Below, in pieces: positions 62,976-64,000 of a stretch of 64,000 nucleotides of DNA. Under the pieces are notes generated by a model. The model was not told the origin of the DNA. It did no database searches and saw only the letters and a list, made by a program, of their open reading frames with translations. The position numbers were made by a program, and so were the translations under genes. The DNA lies in the IMG/VR virus record IMGVR_UViG_3300049793_000366, positions 62,001-126,000 of that record, one strand, 5' to 3'. How positions within the stretch are numbered: the first letter of the stretch is position 1; the number at the start of each line of letters is the position of its first letter.

Positions 62976-63701
62976 ATGAAGCAGAAGATTGAAAACCGAA
63001 AACAGCTAAATGACTTTTTCAAAAAAGTAAACGAAGAAGTTGATAAGTATCTTATTGAACATCAAATCAAACCAAGTAGACTTGCTAAGTATATTATCAG
63101 TAATGGTGGGATAGATAAGTTTGTTGAAGAGATTGGACTATCTGAAATTGATGGTATAAATAAAGTTGTTGACCAGGTTCTTAAATCAAGAGTTCATATG
63201 GAAAGGGATGGTATTATGAAGTTTGAGTCATTCAGACTAAATGAAGATGCTGTTGTAACTGGACCCAGCCTATTGACAGTAGATGTATTATTTGATACAA
63301 TCGGTAAGGCTACTATTGAACACGAGAAGATATTAGGGGATTACTTTGATACATCACTTGGTCACATAGAAGAATTTAATGCTTTAAAACATCTTTATAT
63401 CGTTGATTCAACAGAAGGTAAGTATTATGCTTATGCCTTCACTGATAGTGATATGGACACAATGTTCAATAACATTAAAGAGTTCGTATATAACAACATA
63501 CCACTTGAGGTAGAAGTTAAACTAACCGCTAATAAGTCAATTAGTATTCCGGTAACAGAAGCGAACGTAGAAGCTAAAGTAAATTCTTTGGATGTTACTT
63601 CAATATTGGAAGAATTATTTAGTGATTACACGATAGAGAAATTCGATACATCAAGTGATAATCACAACGAAGCTATCGTAATCTATAAGAAGAGTAACTA
63701 A
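62976..63701 (+). CDS. Hypothetical protein with an internal leader-like motif
   Basis: Probable start MKQKIEN after AATATATA (62963-62970); internal IMKFESFRLNED. Confidence 0.6.
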   Translation: MKQKIENRKQLNDFFKKVNEEVDKYLIEHQIKPSRLAKYIISNGGIDKFVEEIGLSEIDGINKVVDQVLKSRVHMERDGIMKFESFRLNEDAVVTGPSLLTVDVLFDTIGKATIEHEKILGDYFDTSLGHIEEFNALKHLYIVDSTEGKYYAYAFTDSDMDTMFNNIKEFVYNNIPLEVEVKLTANKSISIPVTEANVEAKVNSLDVTSILEELFSDYTIEKFDTSSDNHNEAIVIYKKSN

Positions 63702-64000
63702 TTTTTAGTCACAAACTTAACGTAATTCTTAGTCTCTTTAATGTTTGGAACATTTTCATTTGCTTCCAATACATTAACTATACCAGCATTATATTCAGAT
63801 AGTGCTAATTCCCACGCTTTGTCTTCATCGTATTTCTTATTCCACTTATCATACAGAACGTGTAATAGATACACGCCTACTTTTATATTATTTTCAGGTG
63901 TATGTCCACCAGTCAAATTTAGCTTTTTATAATTTGACGAGAATGTACCAGGCATTATTTGCATATAACCCTTGGCACCAGCAGAGCTTATAGCTTTTGA
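63698..64000 (-). CDS. Lytic transglycosylase (SLT domain), 5' end outside the window
   Basis: The frame is open to the window edge: ...AISSAGAKGYMQIMPGT...N...G..LL...AL..YNAG...ETKNYV. Confidence 0.88.
   Translation of the reverse strand, partial: SKAISSAGAKGYMQIMPGTFSSNYKKLNLTGGHTPENNIKVGVYLLHVLYDKWNKKYDEDKAWELALSEYNAGIVNVLEANENVPNIKETKNYVKFVTKN

Noticed and set aside
188-63993. Many short ORF-track entries antisense to or nested in long genes (e.g. 188-574, 8306-8545, 11116-11589, 19627-20061, 22650-23048, 56454-56945, 61209-61667, 62703-62933)
   Set aside because: They are shadows of real genes on the opposite strand or in another frame, with no motifs or expression signals.
1-64000. 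Genome-wide TAG recoding (code 15) in this window
   Set aside because: Sheath, TerL, portal, scaffold and capsid ORFs are complete under code 11, coding density is already high, and TAG ends recognisable full-length proteins such as thioredoxin.

Overview
AT-rich 64-kb segment of a T4-related jumbo myophage. The host is very probably Bacteroidota, inferred from several TTTG-N19/20-TAnnTTTG promoters, a ClpS, and a small lipoprotein with D-S/T O-glycosylation motifs. Morphogenesis genes: baseplate hub and wedge, a 1263-aa tail sheath, gp15-like tail terminator, TerL with a divergent TerS-like gene, gp4, gp2, portal, a protease-scaffold fusion and the major capsid protein. Replication genes: NAD ligase, clamp loader, the N-terminal half of a split family-B polymerase and a DinG-like helicase. 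Two sigma factors are present (ECF-type and gp55-like), with three apparent promoter classes. RNA-metabolism genes include a CCA-type nucleotidyltransferase, a stand-alone HD protein, a HAD phosphatase and a 2H phosphoesterase. The most notable observations are: (i) an RNA array at 59.3-59.8 kb with an Ala-identity (G3:U70, A73) tRNA whose anticodon arm is cut to a 3-bp tetraloop hairpin, a CUA amber-suppressor tRNA and three further multi-stem RNAs; (ii) about 20 proteins starting with a T4-internal-protein-like capsid-targeting/cleavage leader; (iii) a stand-alone mini-paralog of the Gol region of the major capsid protein; (iv) an orphan five-way-junction RNA at 51.8 kb. All functional calls come from motif recognition by eye; no database searches or folding programs were run.
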